DNA from: a virus
Length of the DNA stretch: 64,000 nt
IMG/VR virus record: IMGVR_UViG_3300046529_000477
Span: 5,225-69,224 of that record
Strand: one strand, 5' to 3'
In this document: positions 63,879-64,000 of the stretch, piece after piece
Layout: the number at the start of each line of letters is the position of its first letter
Numbering within the stretch: position 1 is the first letter of the stretch
The notes under the pieces: generated by a model
Databases searched by the model: none
Told to the model about the DNA's origin: nothing
What the model saw: the letters and a program-made list of their open reading frames with translations, nothing else
Program-made: the position numbers and the translations under genes

Positions 63879-64000
63879 TATTATTTACAATTCCCTCCAA
63901 TCCAATAACCAGGCAATGATCCCCTCCTCCCATACAATCATAGCTAAAGATCATTAACCTGTCTTAAATCGCCTTAAAACACCCAAATCAAACCAGTTTC

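Noticed and set aside
1-64000. Stop-codon reassignment as seen in some crAss-like phages
   Set aside because: Long genes (TerL, portal, capsid, muzzle) are intact and tightly packed under the standard code, and TAA, TAG and TGA all end genes
1-64000. CRISPR array, rRNA, integrase, reverse transcriptase/DGR
   Set aside because: No regularly spaced repeat-spacer array, rRNA-like sequence or corresponding protein motifs were seen
63890-64000. C-rich, G-poor stretch as a genome terminus or terminal repeat
   Set aside because: No matching sequence at the window start; cannot be judged without flanking sequence

Overview
The window is ~64 kb of an AT-rich tailed phage of Bacteroidota with a crAss-related, podovirus-like virion module. 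No host genes were recognised. All product calls come from reading motifs by eye; no database search was run. Layout: (1) 1-3908, a leftward operon with a DnaA-C-like HTH, a DUF1376-type replication initiator, an overlapping partner gene and a Cro-like HTH. (2) 3910-5040, a divergent control region with a terminator, boxA-like repeats and tRNA-like structured RNAs. (3) 6223-12409, a glycan-building cluster (GT2, GT11, GT47, GT25, FkbM and class I methyltransferases). (4) 12575-57045, a rightward late region: two GroES-like genes, tail ring and muzzle proteins, ejection (cargo) proteins interrupted by a fibre-like cassette, TerL, a second GT25, portal, scaffold, major capsid protein, tail fibres/spikes and a holin-like cluster. 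(5) 57900-64000, a leftward array of small early genes with shared leaders and twin promoters. Best candidate for an undescribed system: six tail fibre/spike-region proteins carry Sec signal peptides followed by Gln (the Bacteroidota Q-rule), and several are strongly enriched in the D-S/T O-glycosylation sequon, while an adjacent paralog without a signal peptide is not. This suggests adsorption proteins that are exported to the periplasm and glycosylated, possibly with glycans tailored by the phage's own transferases. Also notable are small basic genes overprinted in the +1 frame inside the ejection-protein genes and a conserved late promoter/leader motif.
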